This document shows positions 1-8,976 of a stretch of 64,000 bases of DNA, in pieces. The position numbers and the translations under genes were made by a program. Numbering within the stretch: position 1 is the first letter of the stretch; each line of letters begins with the position of its first letter. Source of the stretch: an uncultured Candidatus Rokubacteria bacterium (lineage in GTDB: Bacteria > Methylomirabilota > Methylomirabilia > Rokubacteriales > DASRDR01); NCBI GenBank assembly GCA_963708025.1, contig CAVPSB010000016.1:160001-224000 (forward strand). The letters run 5' to 3'. The notes beneath the pieces are model-generated. The model searched no databases, was not told the DNA's origin, and saw only the letters and a program-made list of their open reading frames with translations.

Positions 1-513
1 GGGTTCACGCCAGGCGCGCTCATGTCGAGCAGGAGAATGACTGGCTCTTCGTGCCACGGTGATCGTGGCAACAGCCCGGTACGGCCGCGTGATACGGGAT
101 GAGGTGATCTCACGAGTGGTCCAACTCGGACCAGGGCAGATCAGCCAACCCGCGAGGTCACATGATGCGCCCAGAGGCGTCCGAAGGTCACGAATGGAGT
201 GCCGGTACATTTCGTGCAGGATCTCTGGCCCCCGACTCCATGGAAGAACACACGGCAGCTGAGGCCAGCGGAACGGATTGCCCCGATCACTCGAGAATTC
301 CGCACCAGCTCGGCACTTCCTCCAGGTGGCAGTTGCGGCTCTCAGATGAGACTGCGCCGATGAGGGACGGCCGAGCGCGCGCAGTGTTTCGCCGAGCGAC
401 ACGCGTCGTTCAATCCGTGACGCGGAGGTCGGGAGGATTCACGGGACTGACGGGATCGAACGGGCCGATTCGATCGCGGCCATCCGGGATGCGGTGCGGA
501 CACTCCTCGACGA

Positions 514-690
514 TTGAGCCGGCGCCGGGCCGAGTCCGTCCGCCGCTTCATCGTGGAGAAGGGGATCGATCTCCACCGAGTCCAGACCATCGGCCTCGGC
601 GAGGCCCGCCCGGCCGCCGCCAACACCACCAAGCAGGGCCGGGACCAGAACCGGCGCGTTGCCGTCCGGCTCGTGACCCCGAGCGAGTAA
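514..690 (+). pseudogene. OmpA-like peptidoglycan-binding domain, C-terminal fragment
   Basis: Manual translation LSRRRAESVRRFIVEKGIDLHRVQTIGLGEARPAAANTTKQGRDQNRRVAVRL; in-frame TGA at 448-450 and no GHTD N-terminal half. Confidence 0.75.
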
Positions 691-1000
691 CGCGCGCCTG
701 CGGCCGGTCGGCGTCCGGGTCAGCCCGGCGCCGGCCGGACCCGCCCCGACTAGTCGGCGTGGGCCGGCGAGCCTCGGGGGTTCATACTCTGGCACCGGCT
801 GTGCTCCACATCGTTCACAGTCGTCCGGCAGCAATCCGATTTACTGACGGGGGACACGCGCCGCCCGTTACGTGGACCAAACGGCGGCTGACCATTCCGC
901 TCGCACCGGTCCGGTAGTACGGCGTACGCCAACGCTGTGGCAGTAGCAGAAGGGTTCTGGGCGCGCCACCGGCTTATGCGGGTTCCAAAAGGGGGGGATC

Positions 1001-2032
1001 GTGCTCACTATCAGGCCTCGATTTGTCCGCCTGGAGCCGTGGTTGGTGTTGCTCGCGCTTGTGGTGGCCCCCGGCCCCGCGATGGGTGCTCAGCTCACGC
1101 TCAATTGGACCGACAACGCAAGCAATGAGAGCGGCTACCGGGTGGAGCGGAAAATCGGCAGCGGCGGCAGCTACGGTGAGATCGCAGTCCTTGCCGCTAA
1201 CAGTACGGGCTACACAGATCCCAACCTTGCGGCGTCCACGACGTACTGCTACCGCGTGCGCGCCTTCAACGCGGCGGGCGTGTCCGGCTACTCCAACGAA
1301 GCGTGTGCGACGACGGCCCAGAGCATGCTCAACCTCACGGCAACCAAATCCGGTACCGGCAGCGGTACCGTCAGCAGCTCGCCAGGTGGCATCAACTGCG
1401 GGAGCGACTGTACCGAAGCCTTCCTGAGCGGTAGTGTCGTGACACTCACGGCAGCACCGAGCGCGGGCTCCCGGTTCGATGGGTGGAGCGGTGGGGGGTG
1501 CGCAGGTACGGGACCGTGCATGCTGAGCGGCAACGCGAGCCTAAAGGTCATCGCCACCTTCAACCCAACGGGGAGCACGACGTATCAGGCGCAGGCGGAC
1601 TTCTCGCTGGTGCAGGGGCAGCGCGGCTGGTCCTATCTGGCTTCCACCGGGGCCCTGCTCACCCCCGACGCCGCGGCCCAGTTGTGGCGGGGCGCCGCCC
1701 CGTATGTGATGCTCTGGAGCAGTGGGTGGCACCCGGGCAGCACGATCGATGTGGTGCGCCGCTGGACGGCGCCGCAGGGTGGCAGGGCGCGGATCACGGG
1801 GACGGCGCGGGACCTTGATGCGGGTGGAGGCAATGGGGTCGTGGTGCTCATCCGCCACGGGGCGACTGTGATCTGGCAGGCGACGATCAACAACGGCAAC
1901 ACCACTGGGGTGGCGTTCGACGTGACGGTGGCGATTCGCCAGGGGGAAAGGCTCGACTTTGTCATCAACAGCCGGGCGGACAACTCCAATGACTCCACGT
2001 TCTTCAACCCCACGATCACCCTGACCCCCTGA
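1001..2032 (+). CDS. Secreted protein with a fibronectin type III domain, an InlB B-repeat-like domain and a C-terminal beta-sandwich
   Basis: Signal peptide; LNWTDNASNESGYRVER...YCYRVRAFNAAGVSGYSNE (FN3); GTGSGTVSSSPGGINCGSDC...VTLTAAPSAGSRFDGWSGGGC. Confidence 0.8.
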   Translation: MLTIRPRFVRLEPWLVLLALVVAPGPAMGAQLTLNWTDNASNESGYRVERKIGSGGSYGEIAVLAANSTGYTDPNLAASTTYCYRVRAFNAAGVSGYSNEACATTAQSMLNLTATKSGTGSGTVSSSPGGINCGSDCTEAFLSGSVVTLTAAPSAGSRFDGWSGGGCAGTGPCMLSGNASLKVIATFNPTGSTTYQAQADFSLVQGQRGWSYLASTGALLTPDAAAQLWRGAAPYVMLWSSGWHPGSTIDVVRRWTAPQGGRARITGTARDLDAGGGNGVVVLIRHGATVIWQATINNGNTTGVAFDVTVAIRQGERLDFVINSRADNSNDSTFFNPTITLTP

Positions 2033-2749
2033 ACTCCACAGGGCCCGACACGACGTCGCTTGCGCCGCGGGACGAGACCCCGCCCGGTATGCTTCTCCAT
2101 GGCGCGTTCCTCCGGTGGCCGTCCTTGTAGGCGGCCGGTCTCGGGTTGACCCGGCCGGTGAGCCGATCGTGAGGAGATGGCCCGCGGCCGGCGTCAGCCC
2201 ACGCGACCGCCTGGCCGGGACGCCAGGCCGGCGCGCCGTCAGGCGGCGTCGTCCCCGACCCGGGGACGCGCGCGGCTAGGAGCGCTTCTCGACACAATCG
2301 TCCTCCGTGAAGACGTGATCGAGATGCATGGCGTGCTGCCCGGGCGCTGGACACCGCCAACCCAGGAGCATAATCGTCCGCGGCATCGAGATGCTCCGGC
2401 TGCTGGACGCCCTGGACGCCGCCTGGCAGGGCCGCGGCCAGGTGGTCCGTCTGCGGGCGCTACCGGAAGGGCCCGACCCCCGGCCCCTGACAGCCGGGGC
2501 TCGGGCCGGCCCGATGGTATGCTCAGGGCCGTGAAGCGCCGTCTCTCTCCATCCGAGGCGTTCCGGGCCGAGCAGGCCGCCGAGCGCCTTGCCCGCGATG
2601 AACAGGGCATCATGTTGACTACCCTCGCGACGGCGGTTCGTCGTGTGCCGAGGCCTGCTCCGGACGCTGCTCGCGGGCTACGCGGGCCTGACCCCGGAGC
2701 AGCTCGCGTTCTCGTACGGCCCCGAAGGCCGACCACACGGTAAAGGAAC

Positions 2750-4144
2750 GTGACTCGACAGCGCGTCGTGGTGCTGGGCGTGGACTCCCTGGACCTCGAG
2801 CTCACGAAGACGTGGGCCCGCGCCGGCGACATGCCGACCTTCGCGAAGCTTCTCCAAACGACCTTCCGGGGTTCGGTCAACAATCCGCTCGGGCTCGAAG
2901 CCGGTAGCGTCTGGCCGACCTTCACGACCGGCGCCATGCCCGACGAGCACGGCCAGTTCGACGGACCCTACAAGTTCGACACGGAAACCTACGAGGTCCG
3001 TCTCCTGAGTCCGGCCGAACGTGCCGGAGAGCCATTCTGGGTCGCGGCATCCAAGGCGGGCCGCCGCGTCGCAGTCGTCGATGTTCCCTATGCCATGCTG
3101 GAGGACGAGATCAATGGCGTCCAGATTGTCAACTGGCTGACCCACGTTCGGACGCAGCCCGAAGGCTTCGCCTCGCGGCCAGCCGGCGCTGCACCCCAGA
3201 TCGCCGCGAAGTACGGGGTCAACCCGTTCGCTGGCTCGAACCGGTGTCCGACCAACGACGTTGCGGTCAACACAGCCGGCGCCATCGTCGCCTTTCGCGA
3301 CCAGCTCATCGATCGGGTCGCTCGGAAGGAAGCGCTCTGCCGAGAGGTGCTGGCCCAGGAGCCGTGGGATTTCTTCATAGCCGTGTTTCACGATGCGCAC
3401 GATATGGGGCACATGTGCTGGCACGTTCACGACGCGACTCATGAGCGTCATGATCCGGCGATTGCAGCGCGGGTGGGCGATCCGCTGCGTGCCGTCTACG
3501 CGGCTATCGATGCGAGCATCGGCCGCCTACTGAACGTGATCGACGACGACGCAACGGTCATCGTCTACTCCAGCCACGGCATGGGCCCGGAGCGAACCGC
3601 GACCCGATTCCTCGACGATCTGCTCCTCAAGATCGAGGAGTCCTATGAGGGCCCGACCGCTCCGCCCGCACCACGGAGTTGGGGTGACCGTATTGTGCCC
3701 TTCTACCGGGCGTTGGTTCCCCGCCCAATTCGGCGTCAGCTCCTCAAGACTACCCCGATGGCGTGGGCCTATCGGCATCGTCATACCGAACAGCTCAAGC
3801 GGCGTCGCTTCTTCGAGCTCGCGGCGAACCACGCCACGGGCGGCGTGCGCTTCAATCTGAGAGGGCGCGAGCGCTGCGGCCGGGTTGCGCCGGGCCGCGA
3901 CTTCGAGAGACTCTCCGACCGGCTCGCCGAGGATCTCCTGCGGATCGTCAACCTCGGAACGGGCCAGCCGCTGATCGAGTCCGTGGTCAAGACATCGGAC
4001 CTGTCATGGGGCTCGAACGCCACACTTCTTCGAAACCGACGGTCCCCGAGTAGAGGACCAGGGAAATCGCCGGCGCCGCACCGCGGCGGGCCGCGAGCCA
4101 GTCGAGGAACGGAAGATCGGGGAGGAGGCCATCGGCGACGATGA
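2750..4144 (+). CDS. Alkaline phosphatase-superfamily (nucleotide pyrophosphatase/phosphodiesterase-like) protein, apparently 3'-truncated near 4010
   Basis: VVVLGVDS, SVWPTFTTG, HDMGHMCW and YSSHGM motifs; the translation looks non-coding after ESVVKTSDL. Confidence 0.75.
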   Translation: MTRQRVVVLGVDSLDLELTKTWARAGDMPTFAKLLQTTFRGSVNNPLGLEAGSVWPTFTTGAMPDEHGQFDGPYKFDTETYEVRLLSPAERAGEPFWVAASKAGRRVAVVDVPYAMLEDEINGVQIVNWLTHVRTQPEGFASRPAGAAPQIAAKYGVNPFAGSNRCPTNDVAVNTAGAIVAFRDQLIDRVARKEALCREVLAQEPWDFFIAVFHDAHDMGHMCWHVHDATHERHDPAIAARVGDPLRAVYAAIDASIGRLLNVIDDDATVIVYSSHGMGPERTATRFLDDLLLKIEESYEGPTAPPAPRSWGDRIVPFYRALVPRPIRRQLLKTTPMAWAYRHRHTEQLKRRRFFELAANHATGGVRFNLRGRERCGRVAPGRDFERLSDRLAEDLLRIVNLGTGQPLIESVVKTSDLSWGSNATLLRNRRSPSRGPGKSPAPHRGGPRASRGTEDRGGGHRRR

Positions 4145-4159
4145 CCGCCTCGCCTGGCG

Positions 4160-5434
4160 TCACCCGTCGGGCCCGAGCATGTCCCGCAGTGCATTCACCA
4201 GCTGGTTGTCGCTCCAGCGCCACAGGCGGTCGGGATGCTCCTCGACGTCGACCCGCTGGTTCCATGACAGGTCGTCCCGGAAGGCGCCGATCGCGTGAGC
4301 CGCGACCGACCAGAGGGCGAGCGCCAGGAAGGTGGCCTGCCATGCCCGGCGGCGCATCACCATGGGGGCGAGTGGAACGAGACACAACGCGAGAATCGGC
4401 GTGAGGTCGGCCAGCAGGCGCGGGCCGTAGGTCCACCCGCCCCACCACTTGGCCCACTTGCCGTACATCAGGACGGTCAGAACGACCCCGACGCTCAGCG
4501 CGCGCAGCAGCGGGTCTCCCCCGCGTCGCCAGGCGGACGCGAAGCCCACCGCCGAGAGGATAAAAACCGGCGAGTACACGAGGAGCCCCCGTCCCGGGCT
4601 CAGCAGGACCCCGGTGAGCCCCTCCCACAGAGGGGTCCGCCACAACGATGGCTCGAAGAGGGGCAGCTGCGTGTGAAGGGGACGGCCGAAGTAGACGGTG
4701 TTGTACCACAGGTGGAAGAGCACGCACGGTACTCCGCCGAGAGCGAACACCCAGGCCTGAGCGAGGTGGTACCGCAGGACGTAGACCAGGAGGGGCACCG
4801 CGAGCACGATGTCGGGCGGCCGGGCGAGCACGGCAAACGACAGCGGAAACCCGGCCACGCCCACCCAGCCGGGCTCCGTCCGCCCCCGCACGAGGCAATA
4901 CAGGGTGGTCGCCAGCGCCAGCTGGCTCGGGCCATGCTGCCAGAGCGCCTGGCTGCTGACGCTCAGACTGCTCGTGCCCAGCCCGTAGACCGCGACGATC
5001 GCGACGGCGACCCGCCGGCTCGTCAGCCTCAGGAGAACGAGATAGAGGGCGACGGCCGACAGCGCCACGATGATGGCGGCCGAGAGCTTCTCCTGCTCCG
5101 CCATGCCGGGACTCTCCGGGCTGATTCCCAGCAAGACCGCCGGCACATAGATCGGCAGCGCCACCAGCGCCACCCCCACCGGGTACCACGACACGTAGTG
5201 CCCTTTGGCCTGGACGATGTAGTACGGCAGGCCCCCGATCCGCCCGCCCGGCGCCCTCTCGTCGAAGAGGAAGGGAAACGCATCGAGATGGAAGGTGCCC
5301 CCCCGGAGGATGCTGAGAGGCAGGTAGCGGGCCGGCAGCGTGTCCCCGGTCGCGATCGTTCTCCCGTTGGCCAGGTAGACTCCCACGAGCACGAAGAAGA
5401 TGACGGCAACCTCCGCCAGGCCCCTGATCTTCAA
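4160..5434 (-). CDS. Polytopic membrane protein, probable GT-C glycosyltransferase
   Basis: Many TM segments; GDTLPA acidic first loop; SSQALWQHGP and WWGGWTYGPR motifs; TTG start overlaps the upstream stop. Confidence 0.65.
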   Translation of the reverse strand: MKIRGLAEVAVIFFVLVGVYLANGRTIATGDTLPARYLPLSILRGGTFHLDAFPFLFDERAPGGRIGGLPYYIVQAKGHYVSWYPVGVALVALPIYVPAVLLGISPESPGMAEQEKLSAAIIVALSAVALYLVLLRLTSRRVAVAIVAVYGLGTSSLSVSSQALWQHGPSQLALATTLYCLVRGRTEPGWVGVAGFPLSFAVLARPPDIVLAVPLLVYVLRYHLAQAWVFALGGVPCVLFHLWYNTVYFGRPLHTQLPLFEPSLWRTPLWEGLTGVLLSPGRGLLVYSPVFILSAVGFASAWRRGGDPLLRALSVGVVLTVLMYGKWAKWWGGWTYGPRLLADLTPILALCLVPLAPMVMRRRAWQATFLALALWSVAAHAIGAFRDDLSWNQRVDVEEHPDRLWRWSDNQLVNALRDMLGPDG

Positions 5435-5817
5435 CGCCGGAACAGGAAGCGGGCGAAGAACGGGCGGTTCCGGGCGACCAGCCGGTAGCCGGCCTCAACC
5501 GCCCAGACGAGCGGCGGGACGCGGAGGACGCGGCCCAGGCGCGGGAAGCCGATCCGCTCGAGGATGAACAGGCTGGCCCGGCCGGCCGCGAGCAGCGTGC
5601 CGTCGGGGCCGAGGACGTGGACGGCGCGCGCGCAGCGCTCGGCCAGGGCGTCGGTCATCGGCGGGCGCGGGGCCTCCTGGTAGGGCACGGCCTCGAAGAC
5701 GTCATCCCGATCCCGTCGCTTGACCCAAGCGACCGACCGCCGTCAGAACCCTCACCCGCCGTCCCAGAAGAGCCAGTAGCGGCCGGGACGCCCCGGCGCG
5801 GGGACCGCCGGGCTCAC
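5431..5817 (-). CDS. DCC-family (DUF393) thiol-disulfide oxidoreductase, probable selenoprotein with a UxxU motif
   Basis: One continuous frame YWLFWDGG*GF*RRSVAWVKRRDRDDVFEAVPYQ...YRLVARNR; TGA at 5752-5754 and 5743-5745 occupy both Cys positions of DxxCxxC; GTG start at 5817 is approximate. Confidence 0.8.
5715..5733 (-). promoter_or_regulatory. Putative bacterial SECIS hairpin
   Basis: GUCGCUUG-GGU-CAAGCGAC, a perfect 8-bp stem starting 9 nt after the second UGA. Confidence 0.65.
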
Positions 5818-6032
5818 GGGAAGACGCGCTTCCCCGCTCTCCTCAGGGCGTGAACCAATACCGGCGACTCCCATTCCCGCCATCCATGCCGGAGGCCCCC
5901 GTCCCCGCCGCCCGGCTCCCACTCCGACCGCCGATCGGCTTCTCGCAACGCTCTGCTCCCCCCAAGCGGCCGTGGCGTTCCGCTTCGAGCCGCGGCCCAA
6001 AGGCCGAAGGCCGTCCAACAGTCGCGGCCTCC

Positions 6033-6075
6033 GAGGGGGGGGGCATCGGGGGGGTCTTGGAAGACCCCCCCGAAA
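6033..6075. repeat. REP-like palindrome, family 2
   Basis: TCGGGGGGGTC-TTGGAA-GACCCCCCCGA preceded by a G-tract. Confidence 0.55.
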
Positions 6076-6080
6076 AGTCC

Positions 6081-6422
6081 TCAGGGCAGGAACTCGTTGG
6101 GCTGCTCGAAGATCCCGAGCCCGATGCACCCCTCGGGCGACCACGCGCTGTGGATCGAGCCCGGCCGGCGCCACACGAAGTTCCCCGCCGTGCAGGCGCC
6201 GTCCTCGTCCACCAGCGAGCCCTCCAGGATGAAGCTCTGCTCGAGGCCGACGTGGCGGTGGCGGGGCAGCCGCGCGCCGGGCTCCATCCGCGTGAGCACG
6301 GTGCGCCGGCCCGAGGCGTCCTGGTAGAGCACCTTGTTCCAGACCCCGGGGAACGGGGTCGGCTCCCAGTCCATCCCGGCGACGTCCACGTAGGTCGAGC
6401 GCTCGGTCTCGTTCAGGATCAT
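6081..6422 (-). CDS. ChrR-like cupin domain protein
   Basis: RMEPGARLPRHRHVGLEQSFILEG...WRRPGSIHSAWS. Confidence 0.85.
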   Translation of the reverse strand: MILNETERSTYVDVAGMDWEPTPFPGVWNKVLYQDASGRRTVLTRMEPGARLPRHRHVGLEQSFILEGSLVDEDGACTAGNFVWRRPGSIHSAWSPEGCIGLGIFEQPNEFLP

Positions 6423-6766
6423 CGACTGTCCTCCTCTTGCGCTCCGCCGATGTACTGGCCGAGGAGCATGATCCGATCGCCCTCGAGCAGCTCGGAGTCG
6501 AGGTCGTGGCTCACCCCGAGGACGGCGTTGTTCACCATGACCTCGATGTTGTCGCCGATCTCCCGGGAGCTCTTCGGATCCCAGAGCGCCCCGGCCAGCG
6601 CCGGGTTGCGCTCGCTGACCTGGCGGAGGACCGAGCGAACCGTCGCGCCGCGCGGCGCCTCCTCGGTCAGCGTCACCTCGCCGGTGCCGGGGCCGCCGAC
6701 GAACCGGTTGACCCAGGAAAGCACCTCGACCCGGACGCGGATGGTCGCGCCGGGCGGGGCCGTCAC
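6419..6766 (-). CDS. MoaD/ThiS-family sulfur carrier with a short extension after the GG motif
   Basis: Beta-grasp pattern, VMVNN...LLEGDRIMLLGQYIGG followed by AQEEDSR; an alternative ATG at 6907 reads through a repeat. Confidence 0.8.
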   Translation of the reverse strand: MTAPPGATIRVRVEVLSWVNRFVGGPGTGEVTLTEEAPRGATVRSVLRQVSERNPALAGALWDPKSSREIGDNIEVMVNNAVLGVSHDLDSELLEGDRIMLLGQYIGGAQEEDSR

Positions 6767-6784
6767 TTCCGCGCGCTGTCGTCC

Positions 6785-6895
6785 TTCAGGAGGGGGAGTC
6801 CCAACCATCAGATCGCCTGGACGCCTCGGGCCTGCGGCTCTCGGGACGTCCGGCCCCTCCGGTGGTCCCCCTCCTGGACCTCCCCCACCTGGGGG
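6785..6895. repeat. REP-like palindromic element, family 2
   Basis: CAGGAGGGGGA...TCCCCCTCCTG inverted pair; GGGGGAGGTCC(A/G)GGAGGGGG core shared with 14709-14744. Confidence 0.6.
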
Positions 6896-6919
6896 TCGAA
6901 CGGTCATGGCAGACCCTGA

Positions 6920-8860
6920 TCACCTCGGGCCCTGCGGCTTCCCATCGCCCCACACGGCCGGAATCATCCATTCGAGCCCCAGCGCCTGCAGGGTCTCCCG
7001 CTTGGGCCGGCCGGTCGGCCGGTCGTAGCCCATGCCGTCGTACCAGACGTCGAGCATGTGGTCCCAGTGCTTCTCGACCGACTGACCCTTGGCGGGTCCG
7101 TCCACCGGGATCGAGCCGTAGCGCTTGGAGGGCCGCTCCAGCTCCGGCCCGACGCCGGACCGGATGTTGAAGGCGCGGAGCATCGCGCCGATGCGCCGGC
7201 CGAACCGGAACGCCTCGTCCCGCGTGTACTCCCAGCCGGTGGCGGCCGACAGCGCGCGGCACAGGTTCTCGAACGTCGTCCGCGTCGTGAAGATGCAGGC
7301 GCCGAGCGAGTCCTCGAAGTGCCGGCGCCCGTTGAGGGCGGCCGTCTGCCGCGCCACCTGGTCGGGATCGAACGGGTTGATCCGGGCCGGGAGGCCCAGC
7401 TCGGTCGGGTGGACGGGCGGGCCGGTCTCGAGCGTCCCCGTCGAGCCGGTGCAGGTGTCCAGCATCTCGTCCCAGCGCGCGCGGTGGTCGTGGCCGCGGG
7501 GCGAGGCGTTCTTCCCGGTGTAGATCGCGCACTCGGCGGCGCCCCCGCCCAGCCGCTCGGCGGCGAGCTTGACGCCTTCGGCCAGCAGGTCGCCCAGACC
7601 CTCCCGCCGGTTGATCAGCTGGAGCAGGCGATTCGCCCCCTCGGCGTCCCCCCACGGGAGGGCGAAGCCGAGCTGCCGCTCGGTGATGTAACCCTTCTCC
7701 ACGCACTCCATCACCCAGCCGCAGAGCCAGCCGAACTCGTTGACGTCCACGCAGGCCCGGTCGAGCTGGGTGTTGAGCCAGGAGACGGCGACCGGGTCCG
7801 TGCAGCCGATCGTCCAGCCGGCGCCGGACCAGCCCTCGTACTCCGGCTCGTCGACGATGTCGCCCCGGTGCGGGCCGGTCGGGAGCACCTGCATGTGGCA
7901 GTGGTGCATGCCGCAGGAGCTGCACTGGTGGCCGCGATGGTCGAAGCCCTGCCGGAGCGCGGGCGCCTCCCACTTCTTCATGTCCACGTCGGGCGGGGCC
8001 ACGCTGGTGGTGTAGTTCTTGATCGGGAGCGCCCCGAGCCCGTGGAGGTTGACCACGCCCGGGAGCGTCCCGTACTCGTACAGCGTGCGGGCGGCCGGGT
8101 TGGTGCGGAGGTCGTAGGAGATCTCGTCCGCGGCCGCGTAGACCCCGCGGGGATCGACGGCGCGGATCGCACGGGTGCCCCGGACGATGGCGACCGCCTT
8201 CAGGCGCTTCTTCCCCATCACCGCGCCCACGCCGTTCTTGGAGGCGACGTGGCCATAGTCGCCCTGGATGGCGGCGAACCGGACCAGCGTCTCGCCGGCC
8301 GGGCCGATCGAGTAGACGGAGAGCATGTGGCCCTTCCATCCGAGCTCGGCGGAGAGCGCGTCCTGCGTCTCCCACGTGTCCTGGCCGAGGAGGTGGCTCG
8401 CGTCGCGGAGCTCGACGCGGTCGTCGTGGATCAGGAGGTAGACCCACCGCGGCGCCTGGCCCTGGAGGACGATGGCGTCGTAGCCGGAGAACTTCAGGTT
8501 GGCGCCGAAGAAGCCGTTGGCCTGGGTCGAGGTGGCTCCGTTGGTCATCGCCCCCCGGGTGATGACGGTGAGGCCGCCGGTCCCCCAGACCGGCAGGCCC
8601 GCGAACGGCCCGGTCGCCAGCACCAGCCGGTTGTCCGGGTGATCCCAGCCGACCTCGGGCGGCACCTCCTCCCACAGCACCTTCGCCCCCACCCCGACGC
8701 CGCCGAGGTAGAAGCGCATCTCGGCGGGCGTCCACGGCTGGCTCCAGATCCGCCCGGTGGTCAGGTCGACCCGCAAGAGCTTGCCCGCGTAGGCGCCGGG
8801 AAGCTCGGCCTGGGGTGCCGCTCCGCCCTCGCTGCGCGCCATCGTACCGGCCTGCGCCAT
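6920..8860 (-). CDS. Aldehyde:ferredoxin oxidoreductase family (W/Mo-bis-pterin) catalytic subunit
   Basis: GKLLRVDLT, SIGPAGE, GVGAVMGKKRLKAV, CSSCGMHHC, EPEYE and DSLGAC motifs; SD-like GGAG before ATG 8860. Confidence 0.92.
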   Translation of the reverse strand: MAQAGTMARSEGGAAPQAELPGAYAGKLLRVDLTTGRIWSQPWTPAEMRFYLGGVGVGAKVLWEEVPPEVGWDHPDNRLVLATGPFAGLPVWGTGGLTVITRGAMTNGATSTQANGFFGANLKFSGYDAIVLQGQAPRWVYLLIHDDRVELRDASHLLGQDTWETQDALSAELGWKGHMLSVYSIGPAGETLVRFAAIQGDYGHVASKNGVGAVMGKKRLKAVAIVRGTRAIRAVDPRGVYAAADEISYDLRTNPAARTLYEYGTLPGVVNLHGLGALPIKNYTTSVAPPDVDMKKWEAPALRQGFDHRGHQCSSCGMHHCHMQVLPTGPHRGDIVDEPEYEGWSGAGWTIGCTDPVAVSWLNTQLDRACVDVNEFGWLCGWVMECVEKGYITERQLGFALPWGDAEGANRLLQLINRREGLGDLLAEGVKLAAERLGGGAAECAIYTGKNASPRGHDHRARWDEMLDTCTGSTGTLETGPPVHPTELGLPARINPFDPDQVARQTAALNGRRHFEDSLGACIFTTRTTFENLCRALSAATGWEYTRDEAFRFGRRIGAMLRAFNIRSGVGPELERPSKRYGSIPVDGPAKGQSVEKHWDHMLDVWYDGMGYDRPTGRPKRETLQALGLEWMIPAVWGDGKPQGPR

Positions 8861-8869
8861 GCTCTCTCC

Positions 8870-8976
8870 TTTCGGGACCTCCCGCCTACCCGATCCTTCG
8901 CGGCCTTCGGCCTTGGCCTCCCCCACCCACCGGGGGGAGGGGGGAGCCGGAGGCACGCGGTTCCTCGACATGCTCT
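8870..8976 (-). repeat. Family 1 G/C-tract intergenic repeat
   Basis: CCCCCCTCCCCCCGGTGGGTGGGGGAGG...GGCCGAAGGCC...GGCGGGAGGTCCCGAA. Confidence 0.9.

Noticed and set aside
1-60. Possible receiver-domain piece on the minus strand (VILLLDMSAPGVN)
   Set aside because: Too short and cut by the window edge.
2328-2743. Possible AAA-ATPase-like and other gene scraps (LLDALDAAWQGRGQVV)
   Set aside because: Too short to assign without a search.
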